64,000 bases of DNA from Tortispora ganteri (lineage: Eukaryota): the NCBI GenBank assembly GCA_003707115.1, contig PPNB01000016.1:62001-126000 (forward strand), read 5' to 3'. The notes beneath the pieces are model-generated. The model searched no databases. It was not told the DNA's origin and saw nothing but the letters and a program-made list of their open reading frames with translations. Below, in pieces: positions 41,929 to 50,578 of the stretch. Numbering within the stretch: position 1 is the first letter of the stretch; every line of letters begins with the position of its first letter. The translations under genes and the position numbers were made by a program.

Positions 41929-42282
41929 CTACCTTCTGACCCTTGGAGGAAAATAGTAACGACATTCTTGGGCAGAGTGTTTATTGCCACACACGTAGCA
42001 TGACTTTCCAGACTCTGGTTTAGGTCTTAGTGGTTTATGACGCAATTTATAGAATTTCCAGCTCTTAGGACACTGTGATTCGTAGTGTTCATTAGATCGA
42101 CACTTCATGCAAGCAAATGCCGATAATCGCTGATGGCAGTCGGTCTTCAGATGGCCTAATTGACCACATCGAAGACACAAATTATTAGGACATTCTGCTT
42201 TTACATGCCCTGTTTTATTACATCTAAAGCATTTAGCAGAATACGTCTTTTTTGGCTGAAAATATCTTTCCTCTGTTGACAT
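41929..42282 (-). CDS. CCHC zinc-knuckle protein, Air1/Air2-like (TRAMP subunit), miniature
   Basis: Three canonical CX2CX4HX4C knuckles plus a fourth variant. RYF precedes knuckle 1, and CPKSWKFY resembles the Air IWRxY motif. Confidence 0.72.
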   Translation of the reverse strand: MSTEERYFQPKKTYSAKCFRCNKTGHVKAECPNNLCLRCGQLGHLKTDCHQRLSAFACMKCRSNEHYESQCPKSWKFYKLRHKPLRPKPESGKSCYVCGNKHSAQECRYYFPPRVRR

Positions 42283-42370
42283 ATCAAAGCAGCGAGAGAG
42301 AAAAAAAAGGGTGGATCACTTTCTATGTGCACATTTTGTAACCCAGTCAATCTGCTTTTCGACTTCACTA

Positions 42371-42640
42371 ATGAACAATGAAGTGCAAGCAGCTATAGAC
42401 GAATATTCCTCATTTGTCAATTATATTTCTGCTAATAATAATTATATATATATAACCACTATAGAAAATACACAACTATCTCTTGAATGCACGTCAAAGG
42501 GCTGGATTTTGTTGTCGCCATCAGATCACACCCCTGATTCGTTCGAAACCATCGAAGCTGTATTGATGCATTTCTCTCCGGCTTTTCAGCTTAAATTTCA
42601 TAATGTTCTATCTAACAAACTAAAAATTCTAATTGATTAA
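42371..42640 (+). CDS. GSKIP/DUF727-domain small protein
   Basis: 89 aa from ATG 42371. IYITTIENTQLSLECTSKGW...FETIEAVLMHFSPAFQLKFHNVLSNKL matches the GSKIP pattern recalled as TLE...G(F/W)...(Y/F)ET..LL..SP.(Y/F)..F...L..KL. Confidence 0.75.
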   Translation: MNNEVQAAIDEYSSFVNYISANNNYIYITTIENTQLSLECTSKGWILLSPSDHTPDSFETIEAVLMHFSPAFQLKFHNVLSNKLKILID

Positions 42641-42643
42641 ATC

Positions 42644-45600
42644 TTATTCAAAGTATTTCTCGATATCGTCTCGCAGTTGCGCCAAAGACCTGTTGTACAT
42701 CCTCTTGCTTTCTGGGTCCAAGACTTCTCTTCCGTTCCTGATTTCGCTAATATCACTATCACTGCTTGTGTCCAACTCCTCTACATAGCTCATAATAAAC
42801 CCAAGGTTCTTCTCCTTTTCGGCCTTCTCCGCTTCCTTGCGCTTCTCGACCTGCTTGAAAATATCCCCCATGTGTGTAGTCATCTCCAGTGTCGCGACTT
42901 CGCTTTTGCCGTCCCCGCGGTAGAGCAACCGAACCCCTCCTGTCGCTTCCGGTGTAAGTTTAACACTGTTAACAAGCGGCGTATCAAGCCGACGTGTCTC
43001 TACAGGCGACTGTGTCAAATTCAATCCTTCTGACATTAGCATTTCCAATTCTTCATCAAACGTGAGAGTTTTCTTTTCTTCAATCTCTTCCGTATCCTCG
43101 AGATCATCAGAAGTCTTATCCACATATGCGAAATTATCTTCTGACCTCAAATACACGCCCTTAATGTTCCTCATGAACTCATTCTTCTCACCAAGCCTTA
43201 TTGCTTTACTCTTTGATGCATTTGCCATCTGCTCCATGACCGGAGACACATCAGCAGGCATCGCAACTTCAAACAGCGAGCGTCGCTTTTTAGATTTTCT
43301 TGCGTTTCGCCCCAAATAAATTGTGTTGTTGAGAACTACAACCTCTTTCTTCTTCACAGGAACTGTTGTGTCGTCAACTAACTTGGCACCAAACCTCAGG
43401 AGTGTTTCGCCAATCTGATACTCCTCCTCTCTCATTAGAGGCGTTTTACATTTCACATAATGAGATATAAGGCTTTGTAAGTCTGTGACAATGTTTTGCA
43501 ACGTATGGTATTCTGTTGAGTTGCTAGAGAGAGTTTCACACGCGGGCTTTAACAAAAACGATAGCAGTCTCAAGCGAAAATGATCATTCCGCCGATCTAT
43601 CTCAGAGTCTTTGGCTGGATCAATAATTCCCTTGGTATGTCCAAATGATAAGCAGCTTCGTAACAACAAGTGCATGGCCTTTTCGGGTAGGCAGTTAACG
43701 CAGTAAAGATGCCCAAAATACTCTGCCAGCGCTAATCGCCGTTGACGCTGCCGACTGTCATTCTGCTGCATGCCTAGTAAAAAGAGCTCGATGCATTCAT
43801 CAATAACACTAGTAACAAAGTCTGCGTGTGTCTCTTTTAGTCCACTCAAGCATCTGGCCGCGTAATTCATTTTGGAAGCACTATAACGATATGGCTTCAC
43901 ATATATCTTGCGCAAAGCTTTAATAGTATCATCACTATTCCAATCCAAGGATCGCTGCACGGTTATTATTTTGGTATAAGTATCTTTGGACAATTCTTGA
44001 TACATCAAATATCTCAGGAACAAGTACGTCTCACTTCGTTTTTTAACATAAACTTTCTCGCGAACAATTGGTTTTGTAGAAGTGATGGCGTACTCAAGTG
44101 AATTTTTGATATGTGCCGGAAATTTAGTCATCTTACGTTTAACAGTTTGGATGATTTCTTCGACAAATTCACCAGTTTCCTTGCGAGAATATAATACTCT
44201 ACCGCAGCCTTCCATTAGAGTGCAGAAAGAGATTATATTTCCCGCGGTAAGATTTATCACAAGTTTTTTCAGGCAGTAAATTATAGCATAATATGGTATC
44301 AACCCAAATTTGACAAATTCAGCAATATATGCGGCGACCCATAATCTTCTAGAATTGAGTGCGCTGATAAGAGGGCGATAACTTAGAGATAAGAAATGCC
44401 GAATTAGAAAATCGAGTACCTTGCTCAGTAGAGAGGGAAAATCCACTTTGAGTAATGCTACGAATCGAGCATGATACTTTACAAGATGAATAGCATGTGA
44501 AGCCTCATCTGTAAGAATCGGGAGTAAATGGTTCGTCAACTTTTTAACTTTCACAGCACTGGCGCGAGCTGCTAAACTATCTGTAGTCAGCATGTTGAGA
44601 TGCGATTGCAAACCTAGAATGATAGACATTAACTCGCTCATTTCCGTTTTTTTCAGACCAGGAATATTTTTTATTATCTCTTGGACATCGATGGATCTCT
44701 TGGTATCCTCTAAATCTTCTATTTCTCCAATGTTGGTCTCAGGACTATTAGTATCCGCTTTTATTAAGTCCAGTATGCTGTCATTCATGTCGTCAGCATC
44801 GTCGGAAACACCAGCAGACCCTTCAGTTTGTTCTAAGTTAAGAGGAGCCGGATGGTAGAATTCAAATTCATCTTCGTCTTCCCAAATAGTGTGATCCATG
44901 ATATTCTCTACATTGGTCGTAGAGTCGTCGTCATTTCTGGATATAGTTATTTTAGCCTGCTCATCGGCACCAATCAAGGATTTATCAGGATAAAACGGCT
45001 TTTCATTCAGCAACAGAGCTAGCTGTTCACCTAATCCTAAAGTCGTCAGAAACTTATTAATTTGATAATCAAAACTATTTTGAGCGCTCGTAACAATGCG
45101 CCCTTTTTTAATAAACAGGTTTCTCAGATCGGAGTTCTTAGAGATCAGGTCTGAAAATGTGTCTTCAAGATGCTTCGTGACGGCTTGATTGTACTGCTTG
45201 ACAATATTTAAAAAGTTGAATTTTTGTTTGTCTGTGACTAAGGTGTTTTCCGAGTCGGTGATGCCTATTCCTAGTATCGATTTCTTGTATGATTTTGCAA
45301 AGTACAGAACGGCTGGCAATAATGAAAAAGTAGAGGTGTCATCCCGCAGTATAGCTCTGAGAACTTCCAAAGGAGAAGGGATATTAGAATCATACTGGAA
45401 TGTAGAGGCTATAACAGGACAGCTATCCGAAGCGATTCCTGAAAAGTCCTGCATAGGCGTGCGTATAATTGCAACCATCCACAGTTCAGTAAAAGCTCTG
45501 AAATAATACTTAAAGGAAGATTCTATGAGCGACTCTGAAGAAACAGATTCGGCGAGCATGCTGTACAAGCCAAGGATAAAAGGATAAGTGAACCCTTCAA

Positions 45601-45901
45601 GGCGTTGGTGAAGCTTTGAGACGATAGATACTGCTGCAAAGAGATCGTCAGCAGATCTGTACTTGCCTATACCATCTACAGTTGCATCAATTATCTCATG
45701 CAGATATCGTTCGATATTCAATGTATCGATCTCAGAGAGTATAGTTGCTTCATTTGCGGCGTTCAGCTGCGAACGCAGTTTTCTAATGAAGACACCGCAT
45801 TTCTTCAAATTAGAGTCAACATTAGTATTCGATTTAATCTTCGCTTCATAAGCAGCAGTATTAGCTTGAATCAGTACAAGGCGCTTTTCATTTCTCGACA
45901 T
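42644..45901 (-). CDS. NMD2: Nonsense-mediated decay factor Upf2 (MIF4G repeats)
   Basis: VDSNLKKCGVFIRKLR, LNIERYLHEI, IVSKLHQR, IWEDEDEFEFY, YIAEFVKFG, LMEGCGRVL and DHFRLRL. First ATG is at 45901; an in-frame stop lies just upstream of the TTG start. Confidence 0.88.
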   Translation of the reverse strand: MSRNEKRLVLIQANTAAYEAKIKSNTNVDSNLKKCGVFIRKLRSQLNAANEATILSEIDTLNIERYLHEIIDATVDGIGKYRSADDLFAAVSIVSKLHQRLEGFTYPFILGLYSMLAESVSSESLIESSFKYYFRAFTELWMVAIIRTPMQDFSGIASDSCPVIASTFQYDSNIPSPLEVLRAILRDDTSTFSLLPAVLYFAKSYKKSILGIGITDSENTLVTDKQKFNFLNIVKQYNQAVTKHLEDTFSDLISKNSDLRNLFIKKGRIVTSAQNSFDYQINKFLTTLGLGEQLALLLNEKPFYPDKSLIGADEQAKITISRNDDDSTTNVENIMDHTIWEDEDEFEFYHPAPLNLEQTEGSAGVSDDADDMNDSILDLIKADTNSPETNIGEIEDLEDTKRSIDVQEIIKNIPGLKKTEMSELMSIILGLQSHLNMLTTDSLAARASAVKVKKLTNHLLPILTDEASHAIHLVKYHARFVALLKVDFPSLLSKVLDFLIRHFLSLSYRPLISALNSRRLWVAAYIAEFVKFGLIPYYAIIYCLKKLVINLTAGNIISFCTLMEGCGRVLYSRKETGEFVEEIIQTVKRKMTKFPAHIKNSLEYAITSTKPIVREKVYVKKRSETYLFLRYLMYQELSKDTYTKIITVQRSLDWNSDDTIKALRKIYVKPYRYSASKMNYAARCLSGLKETHADFVTSVIDECIELFLLGMQQNDSRQRQRRLALAEYFGHLYCVNCLPEKAMHLLLRSCLSFGHTKGIIDPAKDSEIDRRNDHFRLRLLSFLLKPACETLSSNSTEYHTLQNIVTDLQSLISHYVKCKTPLMREEEYQIGETLLRFGAKLVDDTTVPVKKKEVVVLNNTIYLGRNARKSKKRRSLFEVAMPADVSPVMEQMANASKSKAIRLGEKNEFMRNIKGVYLRSEDNFAYVDKTSDDLEDTEEIEEKKTLTFDEELEMLMSEGLNLTQSPVETRRLDTPLVNSVKLTPEATGGVRLLYRGDGKSEVATLEMTTHMGDIFKQVEKRKEAEKAEKEKNLGFIMSYVEELDTSSDSDISEIRNGREVLDPESKRMYNRSLAQLRDDIEKYFE

Positions 45902-47729
45902 TTGTGTCTGAAGTAATAATGACGCGTCTTGGTCACACAACCGGCAATAGGAAAGAGCAGTTTGAGAAGGTTGTTCTTTTTAATAGCAGGTCCCTTCCAC
46001 GCTTTTCCACACTTATTTATGTTCTTCACTGTAATTTCAACAACAGCACTAGATCCTCACGTATATGACGCATATATGTGCTGCAGGGGCAATTATATCA
46101 CTTTTTAGATCACTTCGTGATAGTGATTGTGAGTTGTCAATGCTAAATCAAATACTACGTTGCAGAAAATATAAGAATCTTCCTACTTCAGTAGCACACT
46201 AGCCACACAATCTTGATATATTGCTATATTATAGATTTAAATAATCACTGCTAATTTCGAAAAATTGTCTTTATAGAACCAAATGCAGTCAAATCGGGCA
46301 TCAGATAGTACGCTGAACAATAGCAGAGCAAAGTGAATAAAGCCCGGTATGGAACTTGTAACGGCGCCTCCTATTGGCTGAAAAGATTACGTTGTGTACC
46401 CTTATTCCTAATTTAAACCCCTATCATTGGTCAGATACGTGCGTTGCCCTAAACCCTGACCGAGAAAACGCAAAACCCTAACCTGATTGTCGGTGTTTGT
46501 GATTGGTCACATTTAGGTTAAACCTTAAATTTGTTTTTCTTGCTATTAGTTGGCTAACTTTCAACTGTGTCTGCATTAGTTAAGCGATTGATGTTTATTG
46601 GTCGGTTGTAATTAAGCGACACTTTATTGTACATGCAAGCATATGTTGTGGTATATTACTCTATCTAAGTATAGGATCGAATGATAAAATATCTTTTTTT
46701 TACGTAAGCATAGATTTGCTTCAGTACTGCTCTTTTGAAATCTTTCTGTTGCTTATAAGTGGCGTTAATAGCGTTAATAGTTGAATGCAGAAATTAAGTG
46801 ATCGATTATGCAAGTTGATTGACAATCACAATATATCAAGATCGTACACTAAAACAATGCAATTATTTATTTGAAGTTTCAGTTATCTTGCTGCTACTCA
46901 TTGGTCCAGTATGAAAAGTAATGAGAAAGATCTGAGCCATTGTAATCCATTGTACCTAACATTGTTTCTGCATCGATTTCGTGAGGATATCATTAATTGG
47001 CAATTGATAAAGAGTAATGGCAGTAATCTTGTCTCTGCATATGATATTACACAATGTGGTACAAAAAAGAGTAAATTATATACTGTTAAGGTCCATTACA
47101 ACTAATTACGTGTCTGCATTGCCATCATGGAACATGGTCTTGCTTCAACAGGTTATTGTATATCATAGCAGTAGCTATATTGCCGTATATCATTATAGCA
47201 CTCTTTGTATTCGGTATTACGTAGTCAAATTTTGAAACTAGACGTTCTCACTTAGATTTCGTGTCTTTAGAAAGTTGATTGCTGATATGTAAGAGACACA
47301 AAGAACTTAGACCCCTCTTTGGTATTACACACAATCTTATATAACTCAATGGAACTATTGCACCACTTCCATTACTATTTGGTGCCAAAGGTCTTATTGG
47401 TCGGTTTTCTCATGAATTCCGTAGATCCTGGTCGGTCGAAGAGTGCCTGAAATAACACTTGAGGCCATAGGTGGTCTGTAAGCTGTATATTCAATAGCTC
47501 AAAAGATCAGTAAGCTCCTGTCATTGGTCCTGGGGGTTTTCATCTTTTAGATGAGTACATTCCTATATGCGTTAATTCGCGTTTCGCTTCGCGTTTTTGA
47601 TAAATGACATATTGTCGATCGTAGGGCGTAAAGGTTGTTATGCCAACTTAGGTGCACGGAGCTTTTCATAAAATTGCATGCTTTTTCGAAATCGCAATCT
47701 TCAATTCTTGCTTGATACCACGCAACGAT

Positions 47730-48758
47730 ATGGAAATTCAACTAAAACAAGTAGGCGACTACCATGTACATCTTCGAGATGGTAAGATGCTTGAGCTAGT
47801 TGCTCCAACTGTGAAGGAGAGCGGTGTAGCTGTCGCGTATGTGATGCCCAACCTTGTTCCTCCCCTCACCGCCGTTGACCAGGTTCTTGCCTACAAAGAG
47901 CGGATTTCTGCAGTAGATCCTGATACGGAATATCTTATGAGTTTATATCTGTCTCCGGATATCACTCCCGAAGTGATTGCTGAAGCTGCTAAGGCTGGTA
48001 TTGCCGGCGTCAAATGCTATCCTGCCGGTGTTACGACCAACTCAGATCACGGAGTATCTTCGTATGAGCCATTTTACCCCACCTTTGCCGCTATGGAAGA
48101 GTACGATATGGTACTCAACTTGCACGGTGAAGTACCCTTTAGCCATAATGATGTGACTGTGATGAACGCCGAAGAAAAATTCTTACCTCTGTTGTTACAG
48201 CTCCACGAGCGATTCCCAAAACTGCGAATTGTCCTTGAACACTGCACCACTGCTGCTGCTATTCAAGCGGTTAAAAAATGCGGACCTACCGTTGCTGGAA
48301 CCATTACAGCTCATCATCTATATCTTACAGTGAACAGCTGGGGTGGCAATAGCCTGCATTTCTGCAAACCTGTCGCTAAGACTCCTGCTGACAAGGCAGC
48401 TCTCATTGAAACCGCTACATCTGGTCATCCTCAATTTTTTTTCGGTTCCGACTCTGCTCCGCACCCAGTTGTAAATAAAACGAAACTTACTGGTGCTGCT
48501 GCGGGTGTATTCACCCAGCCCTTTGTGTTGCAATACCTAGCCGAAATCTTTGAAGACCAAGGAAAGCTTGACAATTTGTCTGCTTTTGTGTCGGACAACG
48601 GTGCAGCGTTCTACAAAGTACGCACTCACCCTTCCAAAGACAAGACAGTAACTTTGAAAAAGACTCCAGTAACCATACCTGAAATGCTAGGATCTTCTCC
48701 GGACGGTGTTGTTCCTTTCCGCGCAGGCGAGACTCTTCGATGGTCAGTTTTGCTTTAA
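47730..48758 (+). CDS. URA4: Dihydroorotase, homodimeric type
   Basis: DYHVHLRDG, VMPNLVPP, GVKCYPAGVTTNS, LEHCTT, FCKPVAK and FFGSDSAPH. ATG at 47730. Confidence 0.96.
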   Translation: MEIQLKQVGDYHVHLRDGKMLELVAPTVKESGVAVAYVMPNLVPPLTAVDQVLAYKERISAVDPDTEYLMSLYLSPDITPEVIAEAAKAGIAGVKCYPAGVTTNSDHGVSSYEPFYPTFAAMEEYDMVLNLHGEVPFSHNDVTVMNAEEKFLPLLLQLHERFPKLRIVLEHCTTAAAIQAVKKCGPTVAGTITAHHLYLTVNSWGGNSLHFCKPVAKTPADKAALIETATSGHPQFFFGSDSAPHPVVNKTKLTGAAAGVFTQPFVLQYLAEIFEDQGKLDNLSAFVSDNGAAFYKVRTHPSKDKTVTLKKTPVTIPEMLGSSPDGVVPFRAGETLRWSVLL

Positions 48759-48903
48759 GTGAGTCTCAATAATGTGGAGATGAAGTTGTCTACTACTAGA
48801 TTCCAAAAGAAACTTATACACTTATTATTTATATATCACGTTCAGGGCTTTACTGCTGTTGATTCTACTGTGCTGTGGCTCTTTTATGCAGCTCTTTCTT
48901 GCT

Positions 48904-50427
48904 TTACTGACCTGAGTCGCCCGGAAAACTTTTCTGCCAAACATCTGCAAATTTCTCTTCGAATTGGTGATCGTTGCTTGAGAAGCCTGTACTGCCAGAC
49001 GGTCCTGAATTAGATGCATGTACACTTGCTTCGGCGACTTTCTCCATGTACTCCATATCTGATTCAGATGCAGAAGCATACGGGCTTCTGTTAGAATCGA
49101 ACATGCCATTATAACTCTGTACTTCTGCGTCTTCAGGATACTCGGTATACTCAGTGTGCGAACTGCGGCCGGGTTTTGGAAGCTGGTGTACTATAGCGTT
49201 GTATCGCGGACGTTCGGAATCCTCTGACTCCATAATAGCCTCATCGTGGTCTTCGGAGTAATCTGATAGATGGTTTTCAGGCTCGTATTCTGAGCCGTAG
49301 TCCGAGTTTATATACTCAACTCTTTGCTCGACCTGTGAATCTACTCCATTGTAATGGTCGTGCGAATCGCCGTTCAATCCAAACTTCTTGGAAATCCTTT
49401 TAAACTTGTCGGCTGGAAAGGGAATAGACTTTTTGTTGTATGCATCAGGAAGTGCTCGTTTATTTAAATCTACCTCGTCTTCATTGGGATCTTCAGGATC
49501 ATTGAGTATCGACTGTATGTCTTGCACACCAAGGCCCTTTTTAGATGCAGGCTTGAAGTCTGTCTGCAGGTTTTTAAGCTGCTCTTCAATCTGAGAAACA
49601 AATTCCTTCATAGATTTAGCTTGTTCAGCAGATTTTTTTTTCCAGTCGGGACTGTCTTTTAATGAGTCAGTCTTTTCAGCTAACGCTTCGAAGTTGCTAT
49701 CCATTGTTTTAACAAAATCGTTGTACTCTTTGCCCATTTTGTCGAATTCACTGCCAAACACTTGGCTAATTCTTTCCATGTCTGCATCCAGTTTATCATT
49801 GTTTGGATCTGCTATGAGGTTGGTAGCAATAGTGCCCATACTATTCAACGCGTTCACATAGTACTCGTTCATGTTAGCCTGAAGCTGTTCAGCAACATTG
49901 TCTGAAAGCGCATGGAACCGTTCCTGCTCCCAGTTCTTAAACTCATCGTATGTTCTAATATCTTCAATATTGGCAATCTCTCTGTCAATTTCTTCATCGG
50001 TATACGACGAAATGATATCCTTTATATTGCTGTCGTTGTTGCTGCTCTCTCCGCTGCCCTGCTCCTTGCTCACGGTAGTTTGGCTGTTTTTGTCCTTGAA
50101 AGATTCAATAGTTTTCTGCACACCTGTCTGAATTAGGTTGCTTATATGCTGGACATCTGTTTTCAGGTTTTTCAGGTTCTGGTTTGTCTCTTTGGCAATC
50201 TTGTCTAGACCATCGTGCGTTATATGGATCATTCTCGTCATGTCCTCGCGCAATCGGTCTACTTTCTCTTTGGTGATCTGCTTAAATGGTTGTTTTTGAG
50301 CTGTGGCGTACTGTCCATATCCGTAATTATACTCTATCTGGACTTGACTGGGGTTCTCCGAAGAGACCGGATGCGCCAGTGTCACCGGACCAAGAACGTA
50401 AAGTGCTGCTAGAAGAAGTCTTATCAT
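48904..50427 (-). CDS. Hypothetical secreted protein: helical/coiled-coil core and acidic low-complexity C-terminus
   Basis: 507-aa ORF with signal peptide MIRLLLAALYVLGPVTLA, no TM segment and no family recognised. Confidence 0.75.
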   Translation of the reverse strand: MIRLLLAALYVLGPVTLAHPVSSENPSQVQIEYNYGYGQYATAQKQPFKQITKEKVDRLREDMTRMIHITHDGLDKIAKETNQNLKNLKTDVQHISNLIQTGVQKTIESFKDKNSQTTVSKEQGSGESSNNDSNIKDIISSYTDEEIDREIANIEDIRTYDEFKNWEQERFHALSDNVAEQLQANMNEYYVNALNSMGTIATNLIADPNNDKLDADMERISQVFGSEFDKMGKEYNDFVKTMDSNFEALAEKTDSLKDSPDWKKKSAEQAKSMKEFVSQIEEQLKNLQTDFKPASKKGLGVQDIQSILNDPEDPNEDEVDLNKRALPDAYNKKSIPFPADKFKRISKKFGLNGDSHDHYNGVDSQVEQRVEYINSDYGSEYEPENHLSDYSEDHDEAIMESEDSERPRYNAIVHQLPKPGRSSHTEYTEYPEDAEVQSYNGMFDSNRSPYASASESDMEYMEKVAEASVHASNSGPSGSTGFSSNDHQFEEKFADVWQKSFPGDSGQ

Positions 50428-50578
50428 ATTTCTTCAAAGTGACAGCCCTTGATCAGTTTTACGGTAGTTATATCTTTCAGCTTATTGTCAATACATAAAA
50501 TTACTATTGATGCATAGAACGCAGTATTTAAAGGGTCTTCTTGACACTGGCAGTAGAGGGGCCCAGAAAGACGCATGT

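Noticed and set aside
41929..42282. Zinc knuckles as a retrotransposon Gag remnant
   Set aside because: No LTRs, protease, RT or integrase nearby; the RYF and W-x-x-Y motifs fit Air1/2 better.
46911..47235. Short ORFs (64 and 72 aa) in the 1.8-kb gap
   Set aside because: AT-rich, no recognisable motifs and no supporting splice signals; consistent with chance ORFs.
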